From Pseudogymnoascus verrucosus (taxonomy: Eukaryota): DNA of 64,000 nt. Both the position numbers and the translations under genes were made by a program. Positions 1-12,009 of the stretch are shown here, in pieces; the first letter of the stretch is position 1, and the number at the start of each line of letters is the position of its first letter. Below the pieces are notes generated by a model, which saw only the letters and a list, made by a program, of their open reading frames with translations, searched no databases and had not been told where the DNA came from. Location: assembly GCA_001662655.1 (NCBI GenBank), contig KV460226.1; one strand, 5' to 3'.

Positions 1-62
1 CATCTTTTATGAGTTTTTGAAATCATTAATGGATTATTCTATTGCATCCGCATAATCTTTCT

Positions 63-212
63 CAAACAAACGCCATATCCCAACCCTTTTTTGGTCTTTC
101 TGTTTTATCCCAATATTTCCCAGACAAACACCGTATTGCAAACCAAAAAAAAATGGTATCCTTTCGTATTCTATCCCAAACCTTTCCCAGCTAAACGCCA
201 TACTTCAAACAA
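63..212. repeat. Three degenerate ~60-nt direct repeats (CA.A.AAACGCC.TA...CAA.C)
   Basis: caaacaaacgccatatcccaac at 63, cagacaaacaccgtattgcaaac at 121, cagctaaacgccatacttcaaac at 188. Confidence 0.5.
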
Positions 213-224
213 AATTTCTCACTC

Positions 225-2637
225 CTAGCAACTTGATCCGCCCTCGAGGCTCAACTTCCCAATCCCAGCTGTGACGCCCTCTTTGGCCAAATTGCCTGGG
301 AGGCGTTTCCGACGACAGGAGTTTGTGGGCAGCGAGCGGATTTTGCGGTCAGTGATCTGCCCCAATTTCCAAACGAGGACTCGAATACGCTCGTCCCTGC
401 TCAGTTGGAAATGGTTCACAGTTTCCAATATCCGGCTGGCGTTTTTGACGTTTGGAACCCCCGAGGTTACATATTTTGTGTCTATACCTCCTGGCCAAGC
501 AAATAAGGGGCATGTGATGGGACCTCTGTATTTCACTAAGCTGTCCAGCTTAGCTATTGTTTCGCTCTCGCTCTTGCTCCATTCCTGGGTAGAAATGCTT
601 TGGGCTAGGTATTCCCCTCCCTTGTAGAACGGACGATGGTAGCGCACGTTGAACAAGGGATATGTGCTGATTAAAGCTTTGATCTCCCTATATCGTTTAT
701 AGTCATCACACCAGAACCTGTGAACTTCGACCTCGTGGCAATCGGGATAGTCGATGTCTAGAAAGTCTTTGTATAGTGTCGCAGTTCCCATGATCTGATT
801 AGCCCGATGGTCGACTCCACATCTTAGATGTTCAGGGCCATGTTCTCTAGTTCCTTTGATGACATTGCGAAGAAAGTTGTTTAGCCCCAGGTCACTTGCC
901 GTGTCATGAGGAAACAGCCCGCTATCAAAGTATTGTTTTGCTTCTTTCTGAAGTACGAAAAGATCTTGATCATAGCACCAGGAAGAAGCTATTGTTTCGG
1001 CTGACTCTGACTCTGTCTCGTTTCGGACTGGAGCTTCTGTTACCTGTTTATGTCGGCGTCAAATCAAGAACATGGAAATATAGACTTACCTTGAAAGGTA
1101 TCAAGATCCCGATCTTCTCTGCCGCCTGAGTATCATCCCACCCCTGACTGTGAATACAGGAAGCAATATACCAGTTCCCTTTTTCATACCCCTCACCCTC
1201 ACCCTGATAATCACGATGATCGAAAAGGTGATAAGATTCGACAAGTTTACACAGTTGATACCAACGATGAGTGCCAATACCTGCTCCAATCTCGACTTCG
1301 ACGTCTTCGCAATTTTTCGTAGAAAGGTGCCAAAGATCCTTATACTTCGTCGCCATTTTCATGAGCTTGAGGCGATAGTCGATTTGGCGTTGCAGGAGTT
1401 CAAGCTCGATAAAGTTAGGTGTCAACGTGCCCTTGGTGATACCGCGAAGCTTCTTGTGCAGCGCTCGGTTCCTTATCTTGTAGTCTAAGCCAGGGAAGCT
1501 GTTGAAATAAACCTTTGCCTCATTCTTAACCGCAGTCAAAAGCTCATCGTAGCCGGAGGTTGCATCCTTCAACAGGCACCATCTTCGATGGAATTCGCTA
1601 ATATGGATGCCTATCCGCTCTGAATACTCAGTCTCCCACTCATCGTCGCCAGAGAACAGAGACATGTCCTTAGACTCCTCCTTCTCGAGAATGCCTTCGA
1701 TAACGCTCGACAGCCTTTCTTCATGCTCCTCAAAATCAGGATCTTTATCCCCATCGTTTTCTACAGTCTCATAACCTTCGAGGTGGAGCCTCAAAAGCAT
1801 ATCAACTATTCGATGAGAGAATTCTGGTCCACATGGACGCTTGTTATTGGTTCCGCTAATTGGCCATGCCATAGACTCGAGATATTTTCCTTGAGAAGCG
1901 ACAGGGGCGACATTCATATCAGGATTGATAGCCCACGCACCAGTGCGGTATTCAGTGGCCAGTAAACACAGCCCTGCTTCCGGTGCCTGAGATCCAATTG
2001 CCTGCCGGAACGATTCCTTGGTGAGATATTTTGGATCTTCTGCATTTTCCCCGCCCATGACAATCGAATACGCAGGCTGAGACGATCGAGAGAATATCAA
2101 AATGAGAACAGGGCGCTTTTCGGCAGCTGCATCGATGCATGTTTTGCTGATAGCCTCCAACACATTCTCCAAGAGGTCTTCCGGAGATACCGTTTGAACG
2201 TCGTTCAGTTCACCAAGCTTGCTTTCGTCAAGGACCACGCGCCGCTCCTCGATTTTTTTCGGGTTGTAATCACCATAAACGTACCTGCCGTATTTCTCAA
2301 CGGCAGATTCGGGCGATACGCAAGTCAACCAGACTTGGTCGGAAGCAACTTCCTTCAGGAGGTGATGGAACAGATAGAAATCGGTAAAGTGCCAGCCTTC
2401 CTGGTTAGGAGCTGCGTCTCCTGGTAATTTTGGGTCATTCTCTTTGTTCCAGTCGGTGATACCGCATATGCCGACGATCTTGGTGTTTGGATTTATATCG
2501 GGGATATGGCAGTTGGAAAGGAATGATTCTCCTGTGAGAAACTCGGTAGTTTTGATGTGTTCTACGGTGAGAACGCCATCATGTTCAGAGACGTTTTGCC
2601 AATCTATCAAACCCTCGGGAACTTTCCAGTTCGACAT
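225..2637 (-). CDS. Hypothetical protein (~790 aa), 2 exons (2637-1090, 1043-225): putative degenerate caspase-like N-terminal region plus two tandem copies of an unknown ~140-aa domain
   Basis: ATG at 2637 (MSNWKVP). Donor AAG|GTAAGT at 1089 and acceptor CAG at 1044 join ORF 1048-2670 in frame to an open frame (VTEAPVRNE...FVLQKEAKQYF...) continuous with ORF 225-791. Confidence 0.75.
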
Positions 2638-3286
2638 CTTGAGTTTGTCAGGTTTGGTGTTGGTTATCAAAATGAAATAGATGGAAGGTTGCTTTGCAAA
2701 GTAAAGACCAATTTTACGTTCTTGAATGATATGTTAATAATATGAGAAAGTCAAGAACAGCGGAAGCAAGGAAAGTGAGTGACTATTAAATATCCAAATG
2801 CTCATTCCCATTCAGACCATCCTCAAGTTAACTATCCTCGGTGTGACTGTAAGCTAATTTAGCTACAGTTTAGTTCCTGTCACCGGCGAGGAAGGCACCA
2901 CCCTCTCACCAAGACTAGTGATCTTCTCACCAAGATCATAAGCTTTCCCAAGCACTAACATCCCCCCCATACCTCTTAGCATCAAGCTAACTATCAACCT
3001 TACCAAAAACCTCGCCGGTAATATTAGTATTTAACAAACCTCACGCGCTTTCCGCGAGGCTAGCGCCTTCCTCGCCGTAAAAAAACCGCGTGTTCTAGAA
3101 AACGAAGATAGTCGTCCACTCCCCTCGCCTCGCCACAGGCGCGCGGACACCCGCGCTTGCGGTATGACGTCGCTAAACACCGTTTTAGCTTCCCCAGCAC
3201 AACCGCAACCCCGACCCCGATCAATCCACCATCTTTCACCCCATCGCCCATCACGAAGACAGCCACGCCCACCTTCGTGATGAGGA

Positions 3287-4235
3287 ATGCCATACCGCTC
3301 ACCCCCCTCTTTCATTCCCTCATGCCGGCGCCTCTTCCACCATTCCGCGGTTGTGCACGCGACACATTATGAGACGCTTCGGATTCCGACGACGGCGAGT
3401 GCGAAGGAGATAAAAACGTAACCTCCCTCCAATCTCCCCCTCTACCCAGACCTTCCTTCTGTTCCTCCCTTCTACCCCTCCCCGACCTCTAACCCCCCTA
3501 CCACTACTACTACCACCACCACCGCCACAAATCCCCCAGCTAACCCCCCGCAGCGCATTCTACCACCTCTCCAAACTCTCCCACCCCGACCGCAACCCCA
3601 CCGACCCCACAGCCTCAACCCGCTTCGTCCACATCTCCGAAGCCTACGCCACCCTTCGCTCCCCCGAAAAACGCCAACGCTACGACCGCGACATCGGCCT
3701 CCACCACCAGCATCGTCCCTCCCACCCCGTGCACCCCACCGGGCCAGCACAATCGCACTACGGCCCCGCGGGCGGCCGGGCACCAAGCGGCCTAAGTCGT
3801 CGTCGAGCGACATTCCACGGGGCGCCAGCGAGCTTTTATAGGAGTGGCGGATGGGGCGAACACGGTGCCAAGAGGCGAGCAGCGCAGGAATCCAGCTCCG
3901 GCACGACGGGGGGAGAAGCGCGACCCAAGACAGAGGGCGGGATGGGATGGGGACAGAGCGCGTGGGTTGCTGCGGAAGAAGCGAGGCATTTTGATAGGGA
4001 GAGCCATTTGAGGACTTTTAGGAATCATGAGAGGAGGATGAAGGGGCGGGCGCAGGCGGCGCGGGGGGGTGGAGAAGGTGAAGGAGGAGGGGGGGAGAGG
4101 GAGGAAGAGGCGGGGGGGAGGGGGATGTTGGGGGATTTTTTGATTGTGTCGGGGGTGATCTTTGGGGGGATTGCGGCGCCGTGGTGGGTTCCTGGGTTGT
4201 GGGGGAGGGGGGAGAGGAGGAGGGATGGGGTGTAG
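3287..4235 (+). CDS. DnaJ/J-domain protein, probably mitochondrial and membrane-anchored; intron ~3418-3553
   Basis: MPYRSPPSFIPSCRRLFHHSAVVHA presequence-like start, THYETLRIPTTASAKEIK | AFYHLSKLSHPDRNP (HPD motif) ...EAYATLRSPEKRQRYD; C-terminal hydrophobic stretch FLIVSGVIFGGIAAPWW; intron GTAACC...GCTAAC...CAG. Confidence 0.85.
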
Positions 4236-4485
4236 ATATTGAGGGAGATGGTGTAGATATGGAGGGGGTGTATGATTCAGGAGTGGATTGTGTATATTAT
4301 TATGGTAGCATGGCACAGGACGAGTCAAAGCAGGATCATGGGTATTAAGGATAGATTTCTCTACCTAATGTACACCGTACACCTCAGCTCTAATCTGCTA
4401 GATCGAATACAACCGGACCACACAGCCGTCCACGCCAGTATTTCAAAGTTATGCATCTACTCTCGCAACATCACCAAGTATTAAT

Positions 4486-5743
4486 CTAAGCCTCGAAGGT
4501 GAAAGAAGCGCCGATCTGATTTGAAACGTTAGCTGGGGCCCTCTTTCGAAACGAAGCAATGCAATGCAATGCGTGATGAAACACTGACCTTGTTTGGCGA
4601 AGAATCGAGCTTCTGGGTGTCGAAGGAAGCACCGAGACCCAGGGTAACGCCCTCGCGGAGGAGAACGTTGTAGGAGACAGCAGCGATACCGCGGTCGTTG
4701 ATCTTGGCCTTGGTGAAGGACAGGGGGTCGATGCGGTACTTAGAGGCGACCTCGAGGCCGACGTTGGAGCCGGACTTGGAGTCCCAGATGGCCTTGGCAC
4801 CGGCCTCGACCTGGGAGTTGACCTTGTGGTAGTACGAGGCGGAGAAGACGCTCAGGTTGTTGGAGGCGATGATGGAGGCGGTGTAGAGGGGCTGCTGGTA
4901 GCCGAGACCGAGGGAGTACTTGGTGACGGCGGCCTTCTGGACGTCGTAGCCGGCCTCGGCGCCGACGAGGAAGCCGTCGTGGCCGATGACGGCGTCGAGG
5001 TTGGCGGTGGGGCCCTTCAGGAGGTCGAAGAAGGCGCGGGTGTGGAAGTTGGGCTGCTTGAAGTGCAGGTTGAGCTTGACGCCCTTGGCCTGGGTGGAGG
5101 GGAAGAAGTTGCCGAGAACCTCAGCCTTGAGGCCCTTGGCGATGTTGTCGTTGAGCTCGATCTTGGACTCGAGGGCGTTGGCGGTGTTCCAGGTCTGGGT
5201 GACGGTCAAGCCTGCGCGTCGGTAGATGATTAGTAACTGAGCGAAGCCAGATTTGAAGTAGATGAGGCAGTTGTGAGAGCTCTGTTTGTTAAAAACTCGT
5301 GCGGTCAAGGAGGGCCGCATGTAGATGACCAAGGGAGGCTTGAAAGGAGATCTTGTGGGGATTATACCAGATGGCTTGTCGGTGTACTTGGCCTCGAGCT
5401 GGGTTGAGATGGTCAGCTTGGGGTCCGTCGGTCCGTCGCCAAGCGCGCAGATTGGGGGGGATGGATGGAAGGGAGGGGACATACAGCGCCGGTGGTGGTC
5501 TTCTCCTGGGTGCTCTTTCCATTGACCTTGAAGGCAACACCGTTGGCGGTGGTGCTCTTGACCTCAAGGGTGGCGGCTGAGGTGTGGTAGAAGTCCTTGT
5601 TCAACAGCTAGAAAATGCGGGATTAGCTGTCCGTTCTCTCGGTCCACGATCACATCACGAGAATTTGTTGAGCTTCAAAGTCGCGTCAGATCTCTTACAT
5701 CGTTGGACAGCTTCGCAATATCGGAGAATGCTGGGATAGACAT
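4486..5743 (-). CDS. POR1: Mitochondrial outer-membrane porin (VDAC), 5 exons
   Basis: MSIPAFSDIAKLSND / LLNKDFYH...TLEVKSTTANGVAFKV / LEAKYTDK / GLTVTQTWNTANALESKIE...ASYYHKVNSQVEAGAKA...KINDRG...GVTLGLGASFDTQKL / IGASFTFEA*; four GT-AG introns. Confidence 0.95.
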
Positions 5744-6171
5744 CTTGGCTATAGTGTGAGTTTGAGGAAGGATTTGAAAGGGTGATGAATTGTAGATGAG
5801 AAAGTTGAGGTTATTGGGATGGAAGAGAGGGATGAGGTCTATTCAACAGGAAGGGGACATGAGCTTTCGTGAGTTTCGGCCCTTCACGCATTTGGAGTAC
5901 CGTACTTCCTTAGGAAATTAATGGCCAATGCGTGACCAGGCGGAAAGAGTCGGGGACTACGAACGTGAGGTGTTGATTGGCCCAGAGACCAGAGTTCTCC
6001 AAACGGCTAAGCGACTAGACCCCAACAAAGCAACATCGTGACTTTTTTTGAAACCGCGGCAGAACGGAGATATACTGGGAATAGGGCTGTTTCGATCCGT
6101 TTCGTTCTTTTTACGTCGTTGATCGTCCTCGTCCTTGATTACTTTGTCCTCTTACTCTCATCATCCTCAAG

Positions 6172-6984
6172 ATGGCTGACAAGGACGCTGGAACCCCGCG
6201 AGTCTTCCTCGTAAGGCACGGTAAAGCTCCATTACCTGTTGTTTATGCGTGAATTGCCCACGGGATACCCCTCCTCACAGCCTCACCTTCACTTTACTCT
6301 CTTCCTCAACCCACCCAGCTAACCCCAAACAAAGGCCAGACAGAATGGACCATCTCCGGTCAATGCACCGGTAGCACCGACATTCCTCTGACCGCCGTCG
6401 GGGAGAGCCAAGTGCTTTCGTCCAGCAAGGTTGTGGTGGGGCAGGGCAAGCTCATCGACCCCTCCAAGCTCACCAAGGTGTTCATCAGCCCACGCACCCG
6501 CGCCCAGCGCACCTACGACCTCCTGTTCGACGATGCTGCCAAGGCGGCCTTGAAAGAGAAGGTTGAGATAACAGAGGATATCAGGGAGTGGGAGTACGGA
6601 GCATACGAGGGCGTGACGCCAACGGATATCCGCAAGCTGCGCCAGGAGAAGGGACTGGATAAGGAGAGGCCATGGAACATCTGGCACGATGGATGCGAGG
6701 ATGGAGAGTCACCCACTGAGGTTGCCACGCGCCTGGACGAGCTGATCGCGAAGATCAAGCAGCTGCAGGCGCCGTGTATGGATGGCTGGAGGCCGGCGGA
6801 TATTGTGGTTATTGCGCATGGACACAGTCTGAGGGCTTTTGCGAAGAGGTGGATTGGGTTTGAGATGGGGATGAGGCTGCCGCTGATGTTGGAGCCGGGG
6901 GCGGTGGGGGTGTTGAGCTATGAGCATCATAGGGTGGATGAGCCGGCGTTGCTGTTGGGGGTTAATATGGGAGGTGAGGAGTGA
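6172..6984 (+). CDS. Histidine phosphatase (phosphoglycerate mutase superfamily), sedoheptulose-1,7-bisphosphatase Shb17-like; intron ~6222-6334
   Basis: TPRVFLVRHG|QTEW (RHG motif split by intron), SPRTRAQRT, REWEYGAYEG, CEDGES, AHGHSLRAF; divergent from the porin gene. Confidence 0.88.
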
Positions 6985-7122
6985 GGAGGTGGACGAGTCA
7001 TGATGGGATGAGAGCTTATGCTACTGATGATGAGGCCTTTGTGGGTTAACATGAAGGTGAGGAGTGAGGAGGTAGACGAATGATGAAATGAGAGCTTATG
7101 ACACTGGTAACGAGGTGTTTTT
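6958..7122. repeat. ~84-bp tandem duplication spanning the phosphatase stop codon
   Basis: gggttaatatgggaggtgaggagtgaggaggtggacga...gagagcttatg (~6958) repeated as gggttaacatgaaggtgaggagtgaggaggtagacga...gagagcttatg (~7043). Confidence 0.85.
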
Positions 7123-7186
7123 GAAGGACTTGGGTGACGTTTGCTGTTGAGGGGGACACCGAGGCATGAGTTGTGCTGTGCGGTGG

Positions 7187-7812
7187 AGTCGGCATATGTC
7201 AGTGGTAACTGAGAGAGTCTCGAAAGCCTCGAGTGATACCAATTATTGAGGAATGCGGTCATGAACACAGTCGGCATATGCCACTGACTGGTAGCCAAGA
7301 ACTTCTCGAAAGACTTGGGTGATAGCAATTGTTGAGGAATGCAGTCAGTCATGAACACAGTCGGCACATGCTCCTGACTAGTAACTGAGAGAGTCTCGAA
7401 AGACTTAAGTGATACCAATTTTTGAGGAATGCGGTCATGAACAGAGTCGGCATATGCCACTGGCTGGCAGCCCAAGGGTTTTCAAAGACTTGGGTGATAG
7501 CAATTATTAATGAGCGTAGCCACACATGAATTGTACCAGACATGACACTGACTAGTAACTAAGAGCTTCTCGAAAAACTTAGGTGATACCAATCATTTTC
7601 TAACGAGTGTAGTCAGTCATGAACACAGTCGGCAGTGCATCATTACTGACACTAGTAACGGCTTCTCAAAAGACCTAAGTGATAGCAATTACTGCGGAGT
7701 GTAGTCAGTCATGGATACAACAGTCGGCACAGCACATGCCACTGACTAGTAACTAAGAGCTTCTCGAAAGAATTAGGTGATACCAATTATCAAAGAACAC
7801 AACCAGCATGAA
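7187..7812. repeat. Minisatellite, 7 units of ~82-95 bp, with dimeric higher-order structure
   Basis: AGTCGGCA...ACT...TCTCGAAAGAC...GTGATA(C/G)CAATT...CATGAAC units starting at 7187, 7269, 7359, 7445, ~7537, 7627, 7722. Confidence 0.92.
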
Positions 7813-7897
7813 CCGTACAGCACACCACACATCAGCAGTACCCCCCCACGAGCATGTGGGGAGGTATGTGAACGAGCGGGCACACTCATCCTGTGGC

Positions 7898-8188
7898 GAT
7901 GAACGATTCTTCTGCCCTTACATACACACGGACAAGTCCACGAGCCCAGCCCTCCATCCCGTTTCCCGTCCATCCGCACCGTTTCCCACATCATCCCATC
8001 CCCCAAGGTGGGAAGAGCGAGTGGGACCACTCCTTAAGGGGGGCAATGAACGATTTTTCCCTTCTTCGCCTTACATACCACCATACCAACCCACGCACAG
8101 GCAAATTCCACGGGGTCTCTCTTACCCTCCATCCCGTTTCCCCGTTTCCCGTCCGCACCGTTTTACACATCATCATCCCTTCCCCAAG
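7898..8188. repeat. Degenerate ~147-bp direct duplication
   Basis: atgaacgatt...ccttacatac...ccctccatcccgtttccc...ccgcaccgttt..cacatcat...ccccaag present twice (from ~7899 and ~8046). Confidence 0.75.
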
Positions 8189-8771
8189 TGAGGTAATGCA
8201 GCCTACACATACGCAAGAATGTTTCACGACTGTGGCGGGCTCGTTGAAGAATTCTTGCCCCTCCCCCCTTCCCCCCTCACCCCACCAATCGGCGCGCACA
8301 TGCCGTCCCGTCCTTGGCCCACGACGCAATATTCTAGATCGTTTTTATCGTACCTTCGATAAGTAGGAGGGGATGTAAAGGCACAAGCAGGGCTAAGAGG
8401 TACAAGTAGAGTCTAGATGCACGCACGTACTAGTAATTCTAGTAATTCTATCCCGAATTCGGGCAGGAAATCAAGGTCTGCTAGCTGTAGTGTGGTGTGC
8501 AGGCTGCTTTAGGTGAGCGAGTTGAGCGTGTCAGACGGGGGTTGGCCCTGCATTCTTGATTTTTTAAGACGAATTAAGAGGAGGAAACAAACGCACGCAC
8601 AACGACCTGCAGGAACGGACCTGTAGGGTTTGGGTTGGGATCCATTCCAGTCAGTTAGTCTAGCCAGGTTATTGGGTGGTGAAGGCTCTTTCAGTACAGG
8701 AGATTCAAGTGATAGTTCACACTCTCCCCCTCTCGCTCCATGACTTGTCACTTCTAAGTTGCATGACTTAG

Positions 8772-8829
8772 TAGGAGGTGGGAGACATGACTTATTGCCC
8801 TTACTAGGAGGTGGGAGACATGACTTATT
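8772..8829. repeat. Short tandem duplication TAGGAGGTGGGAGACATGACTTATT x2
   Basis: Identical 25-mer at 8772 and 8805. Confidence 0.85.
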
Positions 8830-9990
8830 ACTACACCGATGTGGTAAGTTCTTGCTGTGTTCGGAGTTTGTTTAGAGAGGGGGTCGGGGTCTCTAGTTGT
8901 TTCGACACACAACTCCTACACACATGGCTTTTTCTAGATCTGTATCCGATCGGTGGAATGGTTGGTTGGAGAGTGACTTTGCTTAGCCATAGAGCGGCAG
9001 TAGTATGCGGTGGTACCATAGCTAACTGCCATGCTTTACTACCACAGTTAGTTCAATCGAGTACAGCAGAGTAGACCGTTTGAGGGATTAGGGATTCTAG
9101 ACTTTTGAAAATAACGGGGCTACTGATTCGCGTCCTTCCATACGAGGAAACGATAACCCTGCACACAACACACACGGGAAGTACCATGCCAGTCCATCCC
9201 AGTCCCATCCCAGTCTATGTTACTGTGTTTGTTATGTGTGCGTTGCTGCGCCGTACCATCCCATGAAAATTCAGACGGAAATATGGATCCCAACCTGAAA
9301 CAAACGGTCAACCCCATTGGCTGTGTGTTAGGGTTAAATGTGCACTTGTGCGTATTATACGGTCTGCCCTCCCCCCTGGACGGGCGGAGTTGTTTTAACG
9401 AGCCTTAAACGAGCCTTTAACAAGCAATTTAGTCAGGTACACAACAACAAAACTGACCAATCGCGCACCCTTGTGTTGTCGCCTTTTCGTGTGGTACAAG
9501 GGTACTTCCTGTAGGCAGTGCAGATCCACTAAACTCCACTTCTCTCTCTCTCTCTCTGCCACGAAAAGGTCTGGTCCTTCTCGTCTTTCTCCACCCCCGT
9601 CAACTACCGCCAACACAGCCAGCACACACCCACCCACGCCCGCCCGCCCGTCCACCCTCTCCACCCTCCAATGCTGCCCATTCTTTCGCCCCCAGCAGAG
9701 GACCGAGCACCTTAAAGGACCTGGGTATCCTCCAATTTCACTCTCTTTCCTTCCTCCAACCCAACACGAAACTTTTCATCTTTCCAACTTCCCCCAAAGG
9801 CTCGACGCCAGTGTATCTGTGATCACACATTCCTTCAAGCAAATAAACAAACGCAAATAAACAACTTCGAGATAAACGCTTCTCAAAAACAATCCTTGAT
9901 TCGCCAGTCGATCACACCAACATCGCACATACACATCAATCAAAACACATAAAACCCAAAACAAAACACCACCACCCAACAACCGCAATC

Positions 9991-10821
9991 ATGCAATACT
10001 CCTTCGTCGCCGCCGGGGCCCTCCTCCTCGCCACCGTCGCCGCCCAGCCCCACGGCCACCACGCGCGCCACAACCGCCGCGCCCCCGCCGTCGTCACCAA
10101 CGTCGTCGACGTCTACGAGACAGTCATGCTCACCGCGACCGTCTGGGTTGACGAGCAAGGAAACACCATCTCCGCCCCCGTGACCGGCACCGACGCGTCC
10201 ACCGTCACCGGCTCTCCGCGCACGACCGTCAAGCCGGGAGAGTTCCACGAGCCGACACAGACGCAGCCTGCTGCTGTTGTCGTGCCGACTCCTTCGCCTT
10301 CTTCTTCGGAGGCTGCTCCCGTTGCGCCGCCTGCGCCGGAGACGACGACTATCCAGGTCGCGTCGGTCACTCCCCCGGCGCCAGTCGTGCCAACTACCCC
10401 CGCTGCGCCGGTTGTCAACACACCCGCCGCGGTCAACACACCTGTCTCTGTCGCCCCTCCCGTCGCCTCTTCCGCCCCCGCCACTGGCTCCTCAAATGGG
10501 GAGTGCAGCTCCGGCTCCCCCTGCTCTGGCGACATCACCTTCTACGAAGCTGGTCTCGGCGCGTGCGGCGAGACGACCGATGGGTCGATTGACAAGGTCG
10601 TCGCGCTCCCCCACGAGTTCATGGGGACGCAGAGCAATGGCAACCCCTTCTGCGGAAAGACTGTTACTATCAACTATAAGGGCGCTACTGTCCAGGCTAC
10701 GGTTGTGGATAAGTGCATGGGCTGCGTTGGACGTGATCTCGATCTTTCCAATGCTGCTTTCGATGGTCTTGGAATTGCGGAGAGCGTCGGTCGCACTCAG
10801 GCTGATTGGTACTTCAACTAA
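9991..10821 (+). CDS. Secreted expansin-like / RlpA double-psi beta-barrel protein (allergen Asp f 7-like)
   Basis: Signal peptide MQYSFVAAGALLLATVAA, His-rich/RR propeptide, P/T/S/A linker, C-terminal GDITFYEAGLGACG...VAL...NGNPFCGKTVTI...VVDKCMGC...LDLS..AF domain. Confidence 0.9.
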   Translation: MQYSFVAAGALLLATVAAQPHGHHARHNRRAPAVVTNVVDVYETVMLTATVWVDEQGNTISAPVTGTDASTVTGSPRTTVKPGEFHEPTQTQPAAVVVPTPSPSSSEAAPVAPPAPETTTIQVASVTPPAPVVPTTPAAPVVNTPAAVNTPVSVAPPVASSAPATGSSNGECSSGSPCSGDITFYEAGLGACGETTDGSIDKVVALPHEFMGTQSNGNPFCGKTVTINYKGATVQATVVDKCMGCVGRDLDLSNAAFDGLGIAESVGRTQADWYFN

Positions 10822-12009
10822 GTGCCTGTCCGTTTGAGTAGAGATGGGATGGGGGTGGATGAGCCGAGCTCTCTGCCGAGGGATGTCGTGTCGCGAGTTC
10901 GATGCGGCGTTTGGGAAACAGGGTTATAGATTGGCTACGGGATTAGAACAGGCGTACATTTCTGGAAAAAAACACGAGTACTTCGCCAATATGCCATCTT
11001 ATCCTATCTTTCCTTCAGTTGACTGGAGGTGGTTGGGGTAAGGGGGACTTGGTGAAGGAAAGGTGGGTGGGGAGTTTTAGCTCGCTCGCCGGTTTACGAA
11101 TATCATGATAAAAAAAACCATGCGATTTATCTTATCCCTTTTTTTTCGTCCTGACGCGCCACTGAGAATGGGGGAGGAACGGCGCTTGAGTTTATTACCG
11201 GAGATGGGAACATGGTTTCGCAAAATTGTTCCTATTTGACAAGGCTTCGGTGTTGGCTTGGGTGTTACCTCCTTCTTTTGGGGTGTAGAAGGGCGAAAGG
11301 GGATGGGGGGGTTGTGTGTTTGGAATACTTCTGTTTCGTGTTGTATATATTTTACACCAACTGTGTGCGGATTTCTCACCTTTGTGTGGGGATGCAATAT
11401 CACTTTCTTTCACATAACCTATTATGTTCCCTCTTGATGCTTGTGAGATGTGTTTGTGAGTGATGTGCTTGTGATTATGAATATGGGAGTAAGGGGGATC
11501 TTGTAGCCGCCCCGCCAGCTGGCTGTTCTACCCCGCGTCGTCACCTTATCCTGCATCTTCCCGTTGAGGGCGTAGTCAGCTGGCGATTCCCATGGCATAG
11601 CATAGCACGACGTGGAAGCAGGTCTACCTTCCTTATCTTCCTGGTGGACAAGGAGAGCAATATGGCATGTGTACATTCATCTTGTCGGTCTGTCTGTCTG
11701 TTAAAGCTGTTGTAACGGACCGTAAACGTTTATTACGGTCCTTAAAACCGATTCTGCGCATTTTGCAGTTTAGACGTTCTATTTTGCGCACTTTGGCTTC
11801 CAATGCATTACCCAGAGCCCCAGCTCTCTCTCATTCTACATAGTAGGTAATATAGAAGTATGTTGCTATCTATTGCGCATAAATAGCTAAATATAATATT
11901 TCTACTGAAAATCTAGAGATTTCGCCGGGTATCATTCATTGTGACTCTAACGTTGTTACTACAAGGCTAGAATCTAATGTGTTGTTATGATTGGGGTGGG
12001 GCGTAGCGC

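Noticed and set aside
4529..5482. 317-aa porin ORF with unusual N- and C-termini
   Set aside because: Read-through of introns; spliced exons give a normal VDAC ending IGASFTFEA.
7349..7543. Minus-strand ORFs with repeated HMPTVFMTAFL
   Set aside because: Products of the ~88-bp minisatellite; unit lengths (82, 90, 86) do not preserve frame.
9327..9336. GTTAGGGTTA (minus strand TAACCCTAAC) as a telomerase RNA template or telomere relic
   Set aside because: A single 10-mer is compatible with chance in 64 kb and I could not identify pseudoknot or CR4/5 elements; an Infernal search with a Pezizomycotina TER model would settle it.
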